From: a bacterium
GTDB lineage: Bacteria; Patescibacteriota; Minisyncoccia; Phycocordibacterales; CAIZLB01
Reading direction: 5' to 3'
NCBI GenBank assembly: GCA_027490575.1
Contig: JAIXXV010000032.1
Span: forward strand, 13,211 to 77,210
Length of the DNA stretch: 64,000 nt
Shown piece after piece: positions 52,180 through 61,037 of the stretch. The notes beneath the pieces were generated by a model. The model was not told the DNA's origin, searched no databases, and was given only the letters and a program-made list of their open reading frames with translations. The translations under genes were made by a program, and so were the position numbers. Numbering within the stretch: the first letter of the stretch is position 1; each line of letters begins with the position of its first letter.

Positions 52180-54363
52180 CTAGAAATCAATATTAGCCAT
52201 CTTGGCATTTGTTTGGATGAATGTTTTTCTTGAAGGAACGTCATTACCCATCAACACTTCGATGATTTTGTCAGCATCAACCGCATCTTCAACAGTAACC
52301 TGCTTCAATACTCTCTGTTTGATGTCCATAGTAGTTTCTCCAAGCTCTTCGGCATTCATTTCTCCAAGACCCTTGTAACGTTGGATATGAATCTTTGATG
52401 ATTTTACCTTTTCCTTATCACCTTTACCTTTTTTCTTTGCAGAAGTTTCTCCTTCCTCACCCTCTTCTTCTGATTCTTCTTCGTCACCTTCATTTTCACC
52501 AGACCCATCCTCCACTTCTTGGACCTCACTGATATCTACTCCCTCCTTTTTCAAGAAAGTATTTTTTTCATCATCGTTGTAGAAATAGTGAACCTCTTTA
52601 CCTTTCTTAACCTTGTACAAAGGTGGTTGAGCAATATATACAAAACCTCCGTCGATAAGTGGTCTGAAATATCTGTACATCAAAGTAAGGATAAGTGTAC
52701 GAATGTGTGCACCGTCAACGTCGGCATCGGTTGCTATGATGATCTTGTGGTATCGAAGTCTCGATATATCAAATGTGTCACCAATAGCAGTACCAAGTGC
52801 GATGACTAAGTTTCGGATCTGCTCTGAAGCAAGCATCTTGTCGAGTCTGGCTCTCTCGATGTTTAGGATCTTACCTCGCAAAGGCAAGACCGCTTGAGTA
52901 CGTCTGTCACGTCCCATCTTTGCTGTACCACCCGCTGAGTCTCCCTCCACTATGAAGAGCTCTGACTCCTCTGCTCGTTTACTTTGGCAGTCTGCGAGCT
53001 TACCAGGGAGTGTCATGCCTTCTAGTGCACCCTTTCTAAGAACTGAGTCCTTTGCAGCTTTAGCAGCCTTTCTAGCTCTTAGGGCAAGAAGTCCTTTGTT
53101 AATGATAGCCTTAGCATCGTCTGGATTCTCCTCCATGAACTCACTAAATGCTTCTGCGAATACAGACGCTGTAGCAGCTTGTGCCTCAGTCGATCCAAGC
53201 TTGGCTTTTGTCTGACCTTCGAATTGGATTTCAGGTAGTTTTACAGAAACAACAGCAACCAAGCCTTCCAGTACGTCTTCACCCGCTAGGTTATCTTCTG
53301 ACTCTTTTATCAGATTATTTTTCTTTGCGTACTGGTTGATAGTACGAGTAAGTGCTGTACGAAAACCTGCTATATGAGTACCCCCCTCTGAGTTGTATGT
53401 ATTGTTGGCGAATGCAACTATCTTTGTATTGATATCGTCTACATACTGAAGTGCTACCTCTACAAACACACTAGCGTTTCGAGCTTGATTGGCATCAGCA
53501 GAACCTTTCTCAAGTACGTACTCTTTGTCTGTATGGAAAATGTTTTTATGGACCGCCTTTTGAGTTCGGTTATAAAAAGCCACAAGCGATCGTAGTCCTC
53601 CTTCAAAGAAGAATGTCATAGACGGAACATCAAGACCTGCTTCTTTTACAAAATATGCATCGTCTTCTTTTGGATCCAAAATCTTTTCTATAGCTTTTGC
53701 ATCATATCCACGTGCATCAACGACGTTTATCTCAACACCTCTCACAAGGTACGCTTGCTGTCGCAGGTGGTTAACAATCTTACTCCAGTCAAAGTTTATA
53801 CCTTCTTTGAAAATCTCAACGTCTGGCTTAAACATCACAACTGTTCCATGTCTCTTTGATGTACCAATCTTCTTAGTAGGAGCTTTAGGCTTACCTATAT
53901 TGTACTCTTGCATGTGAAGACCTCCGTCTTGGTGAACTACAACTTTTGTATGCACTGACAAAGCATTTACAACCGATGCACCTACACCGTGAAGACCTCC
54001 AGAAACCTTGTATGCATTGTTATCGAACTTACCTCCGGCGTGAAGAACGGTCATGATTGTCTCCAGTGCAGAAACTTTTGTCTTTGGGTGAATACCTACG
54101 GGAATACCGTTACCATTGTCAGCAACACGAACATAACCATCCGGCAAAAGCGCTACCTCTATATGACTACATCTACCTGCCATAGCCTCATCTCTGGCAT
54201 TGTCAAAAATCTCCCAGATCAAGTGGTGAAGACCCTCAGGACCTGTTGTACCAATGTACATACCAGGACGCTTTCGTACGGGTTCTAGGCCCTCTAGGAC
54301 CGTGATCGACGATGCGTCATATACGTCCTCTTTCTTTGTTTTTTTGGTTTCTTCTTTTGCCAT
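52180..54363 (-). CDS. gyrB: DNA gyrase subunit B
   Basis: GHKL ATPase N-terminus (LEGLEPVRKRPGMYIG), Toprim EGDSAGG, PLRGKILNIE. An acidic insertion lies near the C-terminus. 727 aa. Confidence 0.95.
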   Translation of the reverse strand: MAKEETKKTKKEDVYDASSITVLEGLEPVRKRPGMYIGTTGPEGLHHLIWEIFDNARDEAMAGRCSHIEVALLPDGYVRVADNGNGIPVGIHPKTKVSALETIMTVLHAGGKFDNNAYKVSGGLHGVGASVVNALSVHTKVVVHQDGGLHMQEYNIGKPKAPTKKIGTSKRHGTVVMFKPDVEIFKEGINFDWSKIVNHLRQQAYLVRGVEINVVDARGYDAKAIEKILDPKEDDAYFVKEAGLDVPSMTFFFEGGLRSLVAFYNRTQKAVHKNIFHTDKEYVLEKGSADANQARNASVFVEVALQYVDDINTKIVAFANNTYNSEGGTHIAGFRTALTRTINQYAKKNNLIKESEDNLAGEDVLEGLVAVVSVKLPEIQFEGQTKAKLGSTEAQAATASVFAEAFSEFMEENPDDAKAIINKGLLALRARKAAKAAKDSVLRKGALEGMTLPGKLADCQSKRAEESELFIVEGDSAGGTAKMGRDRRTQAVLPLRGKILNIERARLDKMLASEQIRNLVIALGTAIGDTFDISRLRYHKIIIATDADVDGAHIRTLILTLMYRYFRPLIDGGFVYIAQPPLYKVKKGKEVHYFYNDDEKNTFLKKEGVDISEVQEVEDGSGENEGDEEESEEEGEEGETSAKKKGKGDKEKVKSSKIHIQRYKGLGEMNAEELGETTMDIKQRVLKQVTVEDAVDADKIIEVLMGNDVPSRKTFIQTNAKMANIDF

Positions 54364-54439
54364 TGATTTGAAAGTTTTCTTGAAAGTGTTGATAATTTAT
54401 ACCGTTATATTATAACAGATTGCGGACATTTGGTGGTTA

Positions 54440-54467
54440 TTGACATGATGGTGGTTTGTTGTACTAT
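54440..54467 (+). promoter_or_regulatory. Sigma70-type promoter of islet gene 54517
   Basis: TTGACA (54440-54445), 16-nt spacer, TACTAT (54462-54467). Confidence 0.5.
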
Positions 54468-54516
54468 GTCGTAGGTTCTCAATAATGTTCCTAAAAATCT
54501 AACCCGGGAGGTATTT

Positions 54517-55074
54517 ATGCCGATTAATACGAATTATAGAGTTTATGACAGTTTTTCTCAAGGTGACAGGAGGTTGTTCTCAATGATATTAAGGTTTTGT
54601 CTGGAAATACAAAACAATCTGATTGAAAAGTCTAAGTCTGGTAAGGAAATTCCTAGCTGGGAGTGTCACACAATGGCAAGATTGGTCCACCTAGCCTATC
54701 CTTCTACAATTGTTACCGATGGAAGAATGGTCGGCTTCAAAAGGATTGAAATGTTTTCAAAGCCTGGCGAACCTGAGGGTGAACTTGTACCGAGTATGTC
54801 AGCTGAATTCTCTGTACCAAGAACGACATTGAGAATGTTTACATGTGCTCACTCTTGGTTAAAAACACCGGATGGGAACATTATTGATGTCTATCCATGC
54901 GGTATCTATGCAATAGGACCTATAATGGTTACCGCCGACGATACTTACGGACATTTTGGTGCAAACCAGTACCAAGAGCTTGCTGAAGCAAAAGGCCAGT
55001 TCGATGAAGAGGGATCCCTTAGCACAGCAAAGAAATTGCTAGAAATTGCAGGGATTACTTATCCAGTCGTCTGA
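54517..55074 (+). CDS. Orphan protein with a possible transglutaminase/papain-like Cys-His-Asp arrangement
   Basis: GGGAGG lies 5 nt before the ATG. SWECHTMARLV (Cys), then CAHSWLKTPDGNIIDVYP (His, Asp) in the order and spacing of transglutaminase-like cysteine peptidases. TGA stop. Confidence 0.45.
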   Translation: MPINTNYRVYDSFSQGDRRLFSMILRFCLEIQNNLIEKSKSGKEIPSWECHTMARLVHLAYPSTIVTDGRMVGFKRIEMFSKPGEPEGELVPSMSAEFSVPRTTLRMFTCAHSWLKTPDGNIIDVYPCGIYAIGPIMVTADDTYGHFGANQYQELAEAKGQFDEEGSLSTAKKLLEIAGITYPVV

Positions 55075-55112
55075 TAGCATTCCTAAGTATACAGCCCCGA
55101 TGAGCAAATCGG

Positions 55113-55141
55113 CCGCACTCCACCCGGAGTGCGGTTTTTTA
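55113..55141 (+). terminator. Terminator of gene 54517-55074
   Basis: ccgcactcc accc ggagtgcgg followed by tttttt. Confidence 0.8.
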
Positions 55142-55329
55142 ATTCAGTATTTTTAAAATTGTTACTGGTATCGGGACTCAAGATGATGCAAAAGACCTTT
55201 GGTTCACAGGTCAATACAAAACATACCTCTTTTAGAAAATCATGCTAAAATAACAATTGCTAGATCTTTTCACTAAAACATTCTCAGTAGAATACAAAAT
55301 AAACATCGAAACAAAAGGAGGACTAAATA

Positions 55330-55992
55330 ATGAAATCAAAAAAGTACCCTTATTTGATCACACAGGCACAACAATGCATTGTATTCATGGCAATCCCGAA
55401 AAGCCGTGAAGGTGGCAGTCTAACTGAAATCGATCAAAATAGATTGCAGGCTGTTACCAGAAGGGTTGTTGCAGACATCCTAATTCGGACAGTTTTAGGG
55501 ACTGACAGCTACGCATTGCGCAAAAATCTGCTCATGAGGCAATCACGGATAGTCGATACCTGCGGCGGACCGGATATCAGCACCACCTGCGGCATCGTTT
55601 GCATGGAGGTTGCAAAATCAGAATCCCAAATATTTCAATTTGAACCTTGCGGTGAAGGTCTGAGTGATAACCCTGAACATTTTGCTGCACTTGAAGAGTT
55701 TATCAAAGGCTGCTTTTCAACCGGGTCGATTGCTGAAGGGTCACTAGCTATGTTTACATGGATCCCCGTCAAAATGCGAACAGAAGAGCGAGGTACACTG
55801 ACAGATGGTATCTACAGCTATCCAGTACACAGCTTTCTCAAGGAAGTCTTCCCTGACGCAAGCAAAGGCATGGATTTCATTAAGCTGATGAGGCTCTGTT
55901 ACGCTGATGACCCGCATGCGATAGTCGTCTACCCAGACACAGAGCGAGTAGCATTGATGACAGAGTTTACCACCGAAAGGCTTTCATACTGA
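55330..55992 (+). CDS. Orphan protein (220 aa), no recognisable motif
   Basis: AAGGAGG lies 8 nt before the ATG. Own terminator. TGA stop. Confidence 0.5.
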   Translation: MKSKKYPYLITQAQQCIVFMAIPKSREGGSLTEIDQNRLQAVTRRVVADILIRTVLGTDSYALRKNLLMRQSRIVDTCGGPDISTTCGIVCMEVAKSESQIFQFEPCGEGLSDNPEHFAALEEFIKGCFSTGSIAEGSLAMFTWIPVKMRTEERGTLTDGIYSYPVHSFLKEVFPDASKGMDFIKLMRLCYADDPHAIVVYPDTERVALMTEFTTERLSY

Positions 55993-56008
55993 TTTCAATC
56001 TACCCCTT

Positions 56009-56042
56009 GCCGGTCACCAATCACACGGTGACCGGCTTTTTA
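56009..56042 (+). terminator. Terminator of gene 55330-55992
   Basis: gccggtcacc aatcacac ggtgaccggc followed by ttttt. Confidence 0.8.
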
Positions 56043-56119
56043 TTTTATTTTTATTTTATCTAGAACATGTAGTCCTGCATATAGACGGGTGCATTCTGCG
56101 CACATTTATAAGAATAAGA

Positions 56120-56920
56120 CTAGGCCTTAGTCGCCTCAATACACATAAACAATGGGATCTCCTTTCTTGCCAAATCTTCTATCTTTGCCTTTGGGCCACT
56201 TTGACTCTTTTTATGTGATGACCATTCTTCAAGCTTTGTTATTGAAAAGCCGTTCTTTGTAAGCCATTTTACAAAAACCTGTAGAGGTCTGTGATATGAC
56301 ACTGTGTATTGTTTTAAGTCTTTCTTGTGAGAAGGCACGCTTGGATTCATATCTATCTTTATCATTCCTTCACTTAGATATCTGTATACTACCCTGCCTT
56401 GTTTGCCGATATTTGGATCATCGCCCACTCTTTTGCTTTCATTGAAATACCAATCAGAACTTTGGGGTATGCGAAACGATGGATGGTTTAGAACCAAAAC
56501 AAGTCTTCCACCTTTAGCTAATACACGTGAAGTTTCTTTAAAAACAATATCAAGCTCTTGGATATTTTGAGCAGCTAGTATGCAAATTGCCACATCCATT
56601 GAGCCTGTTGCGATCTTTGATAGATCATGAGCTGGAGAAACTAAAAATCTAGCGTTCTTGTGATTCATCTTTATGGACTGCTCTTTTGCCATAGATACCA
56701 ACTCAGATGATATATCTAACCCTACCAGACTTTTAACCTCAGGTGCGAATTGCATACTAAAAAAACCTTGTCCACAGGCAATATCTAACAATGACTGATT
56801 CTTGTTCAGAGAAAGTATCCTCTTTAGATTCGGAAGGATTACCTTGTTTTGATAAGAGTCCTCATCTTTTAAATACTGATCGTACCAATTCGCTACACCA
56901 CCCCATGAAGTTTTTGACAT
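56120..56920 (-). CDS. Class I SAM-dependent methyltransferase
   Basis: Motif I LLDIACGQGFFS and a later acidic-loop pattern. 266 aa. Confidence 0.75.
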   Translation of the reverse strand: MSKTSWGGVANWYDQYLKDEDSYQNKVILPNLKRILSLNKNQSLLDIACGQGFFSMQFAPEVKSLVGLDISSELVSMAKEQSIKMNHKNARFLVSPAHDLSKIATGSMDVAICILAAQNIQELDIVFKETSRVLAKGGRLVLVLNHPSFRIPQSSDWYFNESKRVGDDPNIGKQGRVVYRYLSEGMIKIDMNPSVPSHKKDLKQYTVSYHRPLQVFVKWLTKNGFSITKLEEWSSHKKSQSGPKAKIEDLARKEIPLFMCIEATKA

Positions 56921-56961
56921 TAATTCTTAATTGCTATCTGATAACTGTTATCTGCTACCTG
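56920..56961 (-). repeat. 7-nt periodic spacer, CAGNTNN class (6 heptads, minus orientation) running into the methyltransferase start codon
   Basis: Minus strand reads caggtag cagataa cagttat cagatag caattaa gaattaa followed by tg (ATG). Confidence 0.75.
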
Positions 56962-56972
56962 TAACCGTTTTG

Positions 56973-57422
56973 TTATTTTACTGCGTTGACTGCTTTGTTT
57001 GCTACTTTCTTGGCAACCTTAGTAGCCTTTTTTACTGTCTTCTTGGCAACTTTAGAACCTACAGAAAGTTCTTTTTTAATATTTTTCCAGTGACTCTTAA
57101 GCTCATTTGCAATAGACTGAACCTCAGTTGTATCAATGTTTTTAACATTTTGATAACGAGTCATAACGGCATCTACAGCTTTGTTGTACAAGTCTTCATT
57201 CACCTCCTTTAGAGATTCTACTTTTTGAAGAACCTCGCCCTTAGCTTTTAGGGCCCATCCTTTTACTTGTTTTATCTTCTTTTGAGCTGGTTTGTTGCCG
57301 TGTATAAAGTAAGCACCTGCAATAGCTGCAGCGGCAAGTCCCCCTAGTATTGCTAGACCGTGACCAGAACCATTATCTGAAGCTTTTGCTGTCTTGTTTG
57401 TTTTTGAATTATTTTTTGGCAT
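56973..57422 (-). CDS. YtxH-like membrane-anchored Lys-rich helical protein
   Basis: Gly/Ala-rich TM LAILGGLAAAAIAGAYFI followed by a K-rich helical region. Confidence 0.4.
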   Translation of the reverse strand: MPKNNSKTNKTAKASDNGSGHGLAILGGLAAAAIAGAYFIHGNKPAQKKIKQVKGWALKAKGEVLQKVESLKEVNEDLYNKAVDAVMTRYQNVKNIDTTEVQSIANELKSHWKNIKKELSVGSKVAKKTVKKATKVAKKVANKAVNAVK

Positions 57423-57499
57423 ATGTTTATTTGTTTATGAGTTTATTATATCACATATAAAAAGCATACACCGCAAACTCCCACTATCAGACCGACACA

Positions 57500-57799
57500 T
57501 TAATCCTCCTTCTTTTTCCGAGCCTTCTTGTAAACTGCTTGTCCGAAAAGAAATGCTGATATCCATTTACCAAGACCTGAAACCTTTTGACCTTCCTCCT
57601 TTATACGCGTCCTGAGGTTTTCGATATCGTCTGCCACTTTTTCACTTTCTAACTCTATTCTTTTTACAATACGACTCATTGATCTGGCAACTTTAGCTAC
57701 GTAAAACAAGACTATTGCTAAAATAATAGCCATTACCACAAATCCAATCGATGCAATGAAGAAAAATATGTCTGCTTGTATAATATTTGATGTATTCAT
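57500..57799 (-). CDS. DUF948-like single-TM stress-type protein
   Basis: N-terminal TM followed by a helical segment VARSMSRIVKRIELESEKVADDIENLRTRIKEEG. Confidence 0.45.
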   Translation of the reverse strand: MNTSNIIQADIFFFIASIGFVVMAIILAIVLFYVAKVARSMSRIVKRIELESEKVADDIENLRTRIKEEGQKVSGLGKWISAFLFGQAVYKKARKKKED

Positions 57800-57841
57800 T
57801 TTATAATTTTAAATGATGTTTATAGATACTAACTATCTGTA

Positions 57842-58609
57842 CTATAGGTTGAATATACGTCTGAAAAAAGATCCTTTACTCTCCGGATGAGCGCCGTGTA
57901 AGTTGGGTTCTGGATGACCTTTTTTTGTTATCATAAGTACAAATAAAACCACCATAGCCAAGTAAAGCGCAAGTATCAATGGATCAGCTACCACAAAAGA
58001 TGTAGGTAAGAAAAATACTAGAAATAGCCAACTAAGATTGCCTGGTAGCTCAAGGTTGTGTAGCCTCCTAGTAATCATTGACATCATCATAAGCGTAACT
58101 GGCGCAAGTATAAATGGGATGGTTGTGATAAAGAGCCCTTCTTGGTCTGACTCAATAGCCGTAGTGATTGCTTCCCAAAGATTTGGAGAAAGTACAGATA
58201 TAGCAACAGCTCCTATGACGAGCGATAGATAGCCGACACTAAAGAAAAACAGAAAACCTAATATGAAGTCCTTTCTGCGAAGTCTACCGGCAAAAAGACC
58301 TTCGTGCTTTGCCACATGAGCGATTTTGCTCTTAGATACGCCTTCGATATGCCTAGTATCAACACGCCCTGATTCACTTGGTACACTGGATGCACTAGGT
58401 GTACCAGGCATACTTAGCGGTGGCAAGAAATCATTTTGAGCAACTAGGTCTTGATGGATATTTTTGTGCTGTCTCCTAACCTCATTGAATCCGTCCGTAA
58501 TATCTGCTTCTGAAAAACCAGCTCTTAGAAGCATCTGCTTTATATGCTCAGGAGATGTTGAATGCTCTAACTTTAGTCTTATAAAAGAAACTATTCCTTG
58601 TTCAGTCAT
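57842..58609 (-). CDS. DUF805-family membrane protein
   Basis: GRLRRKDFILGFLFFF motif followed by 4 TM segments. Confidence 0.55.
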   Translation of the reverse strand: MTEQGIVSFIRLKLEHSTSPEHIKQMLLRAGFSEADITDGFNEVRRQHKNIHQDLVAQNDFLPPLSMPGTPSASSVPSESGRVDTRHIEGVSKSKIAHVAKHEGLFAGRLRRKDFILGFLFFFSVGYLSLVIGAVAISVLSPNLWEAITTAIESDQEGLFITTIPFILAPVTLMMMSMITRRLHNLELPGNLSWLFLVFFLPTSFVVADPLILALYLAMVVLFVLMITKKGHPEPNLHGAHPESKGSFFRRIFNL

Positions 58610-58645
58610 GTAAAAATTATATCACAGAAAAATTATTCAACTACA

Positions 58646-59173
58646 CTAAACAATACTTAGGATGTGATTAAAGTGCTTTTCTGAAACTGGTTGTATGGAA
58701 AGTCTGCTACCTTTTTGACAAACAATCATATCTTTCAACACAGGATCCATTTTTAAATGTTTTAAACTTATCGGCTTGTTAAACTTTTTGACGAACTTAA
58801 AATCAACCAGTACCCAAATTGGCACAAAATTATTTCCATCTTTTTCTGCTTGCTTTTTAAGCTTAAGTGACCTGGGATCAAAGTGCTCATCTTTTGCATC
58901 AAGAGCACTTGGGTCACCGTACGGTGAAGATGCAACCTTTGCCAAGCCATATATACCGGTGGGGTTATCTATATATTTTGAGTTTGAATGATAAAACAAA
59001 GCCAAATCACCAATCTTCATGCTATCCCTCATAAAGTTTCTTGCTTGAAAATTTCTAACACCTGTCCACGGAGAAACACTTTCTCTTTTTAGGTCGTCTA
59101 TTGAAAAGCAATCTGCCTCTGACTTTATCAGCCAAAATGATTTTGCAGGGGTTTTACTCATCTTTTCTACCAT
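58646..59173 (-). CDS. EVE (PUA-like) domain protein
   Basis: FWLIKSEADCFSIDDL...WTGVRNFQARNFMRDSMKIGDLALFYHSN matches the EVE/ASCH-like pattern. Confidence 0.7.
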   Translation of the reverse strand: MVEKMSKTPAKSFWLIKSEADCFSIDDLKRESVSPWTGVRNFQARNFMRDSMKIGDLALFYHSNSKYIDNPTGIYGLAKVASSPYGDPSALDAKDEHFDPRSLKLKKQAEKDGNNFVPIWVLVDFKFVKKFNKPISLKHLKMDPVLKDMIVCQKGSRLSIQPVSEKHFNHILSIV

Positions 59174-59188
59174 TCTTTATCGTCCTTA

Positions 59189-60058
59189 TTATTTAGTTAA
59201 TAGGGTAAATTCAGTAACTGAGATGTTTGATCCGCTTACCGCATAGCTTACCGCTGCATTATAAGTAGAACGTCCGTCCGTGTATGTAACCACAGCTCTG
59301 TTTGTACCATCGAATCTAATACTTGCTATTGTGAATGGAGAAGCAGATTTTACTGGAGACAAAGAATTAATGTTTTGCTTTATAAATGCATTAAACAACT
59401 CTCTTGCTGTAGGCGCTCTTGATGGTTGATTTGTAGTAGTGTCAACCGGTCTGTTCTGAATAGGATTAGCAGTTACAGCACTAGGGAAAGCTGATCTGTT
59501 ATTTTCATCAACAACAACTTCAGCTTCAGGTATAGTACTCATTGAATAAAAATAATATCCTACTCCAGCTAATGCAAGAATGACGAATATAGAAATAATA
59601 GTCCACCATACCTTGGCCATACTGTGAGGAGTGGTACTAACATGGGTATTAGTATGAGTAACTGGAGTGAATGCAGAAACTGAAGGCGTGGAATTTGAAA
59701 AAGTAGTACTTGTTACTGAAGGCTGTGGCTTGAGAGCCGAATAGCTAGATGCAGGTTTTGGTGAGTCTTGAACAGGTGTTTGAACTGGTGATTGAACAGA
59801 TGTAACTGGTATATGTTGAGGTGCAACACGAGAAGAAGATGTATTCATACCGATAAATGCAGGTGTTGTTTCTACAGTCGCTTTGTCATTGTGATCTGCC
59901 ACAGGCATAGCACCTGGTAAAACCACATCGCTCTTAGTAACTGGTTCGTGAGAAAACCCAGTAGATTGCCCTTGGTTCTGTATAGTATTAATTTGACCCA
60001 GACCAGTTGTATTACCAGCTAAATTTCCGTCTTGTTTAGGTATTAAATTATCATTCAT
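59189..60058 (-). CDS. Single-pass membrane protein with a disordered S/T/P/Q-rich N-terminal half
   Basis: ORF with a central TM (WWTIISIFVILALAGVGYYFY) and a small C-terminal domain. Confidence 0.45.
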   Translation of the reverse strand: MNDNLIPKQDGNLAGNTTGLGQINTIQNQGQSTGFSHEPVTKSDVVLPGAMPVADHNDKATVETTPAFIGMNTSSSRVAPQHIPVTSVQSPVQTPVQDSPKPASSYSALKPQPSVTSTTFSNSTPSVSAFTPVTHTNTHVSTTPHSMAKVWWTIISIFVILALAGVGYYFYSMSTIPEAEVVVDENNRSAFPSAVTANPIQNRPVDTTTNQPSRAPTARELFNAFIKQNINSLSPVKSASPFTIASIRFDGTNRAVVTYTDGRSTYNAAVSYAVSGSNISVTEFTLLTK

Positions 60059-60080
60059 GATACGACAATTGTAACATAAA

Positions 60081-60656
60081 CTATAATTTACGTATAACCG
60101 CTTTAACTACAGCAGCAATTTTGAGGTCATACTCAGGGTATATATTTTTAAATTTTTTATTTGCCGGTTCAAGGTATATCTGACCTTTTTTATCTCTCCT
60201 AAAATACTTCATCGTCCAACCTCCGTCGACTTCTGCGATTACAATATCTCCCACCTTTGCATTTTCAGTTCTCTCAACAAGAACAAGGTCACCTTCAGCT
60301 ATGTGAGCTTCTATCATTGATTCCCCTTTCACTTCGAGCATATACGTTGAGCCTTTTGTACCTTCCAAAAGGAGCTCGTCTATAGAAGTAGAATCAAGTA
60401 CATCTTCTTCTGCCACTGTTGGCATACCAGCTTCTACTAGTCCAAGTAAAGGAATCTCATTTGAAAGCTTTTGGGGTGTAAGCTTGCCCCTCGAGTCCTT
60501 GTTGAATACACCTTCCTCTACAAGTTTGTTAATGAGTTTATAGACAGCATTTTTGGACTTGAATCCAAGCATATCCATAATCTCATTATACCCAGGCACA
60601 CGCCTATTGGTCTTATAGAAATTAAGTATTTTTTGTTTGTAATCTTGGTAAGTCAT
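60081..60656 (-). CDS. lexA: LexA repressor (S24 peptidase)
   Basis: N-terminal winged HTH. Cleavage/catalytic region VKGESMIEAHIAEGDLVLVER...GDIVIA...TMKYF. Confidence 0.85.
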   Translation of the reverse strand: MTYQDYKQKILNFYKTNRRVPGYNEIMDMLGFKSKNAVYKLINKLVEEGVFNKDSRGKLTPQKLSNEIPLLGLVEAGMPTVAEEDVLDSTSIDELLLEGTKGSTYMLEVKGESMIEAHIAEGDLVLVERTENAKVGDIVIAEVDGGWTMKYFRRDKKGQIYLEPANKKFKNIYPEYDLKIAAVVKAVIRKL

Positions 60657-60662
60657 TTTTTG

Positions 60663-60753
60663 CAGTTATCAGGTGGTGGTTAGCAGATATCAGGTATCAG
60701 ATGACAGATATCAGGTATCAGGTATCAGGTATCAGATGACAGATATCAGGTAT
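60663..60753 (+). repeat. Longest 7-nt periodic array, CAGNTNN class (13 heptads) immediately upstream of lexA
   Basis: cagttat caggtgg tggttag cagatat caggtat cagatga cagatat caggtat caggtat caggtat cagatga cagatat caggtat. Confidence 0.8.
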
Positions 60754-60787
60754 CCATTAAATGCTAATGCTTAGATGCTGGAGTCTA

Positions 60788-60985
60788 TTAAAACATGAAT
60801 GAGGCGAGTGAGAATGTTCTAGCTAATGAAGCCTCACTTTCAAGTCTTCTCAATTGTAGCATGAGGTTCTTATGCTTTCGAGATTCCTTTTCATATGATT
60901 CTCCTTTTATGATTTTAAAATCTATTCTTTTGTTGATTGAGTTAAGCTCTCTTCTTATTGCAAACATAATTGTCATTTTTCTCAT
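60788..60985 (-). CDS. Hypothetical small basic protein (65 aa), first ORF behind the SOS-type promoter
   Basis: ORF only. No SD. Position between promoter 61038-61066 and lexA. Confidence 0.3.
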   Translation of the reverse strand: MRKMTIMFAIRRELNSINKRIDFKIIKGESYEKESRKHKNLMLQLRRLESEASLARTFSLASFMF

Positions 60986-61037
60986 GGTATTTATTTTGTT
61001 ATTTTTTAATGTTCTTTGTCTTTCCTTGTATGTTTAT

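Noticed and set aside
60663-60753. The heptad arrays as a CRISPR array.
   Set aside because: The units are 7 nt with no unique spacers. CRISPR repeats are about 24-48 nt and alternate with spacers of similar length. No cas-like ORF is present in the window.
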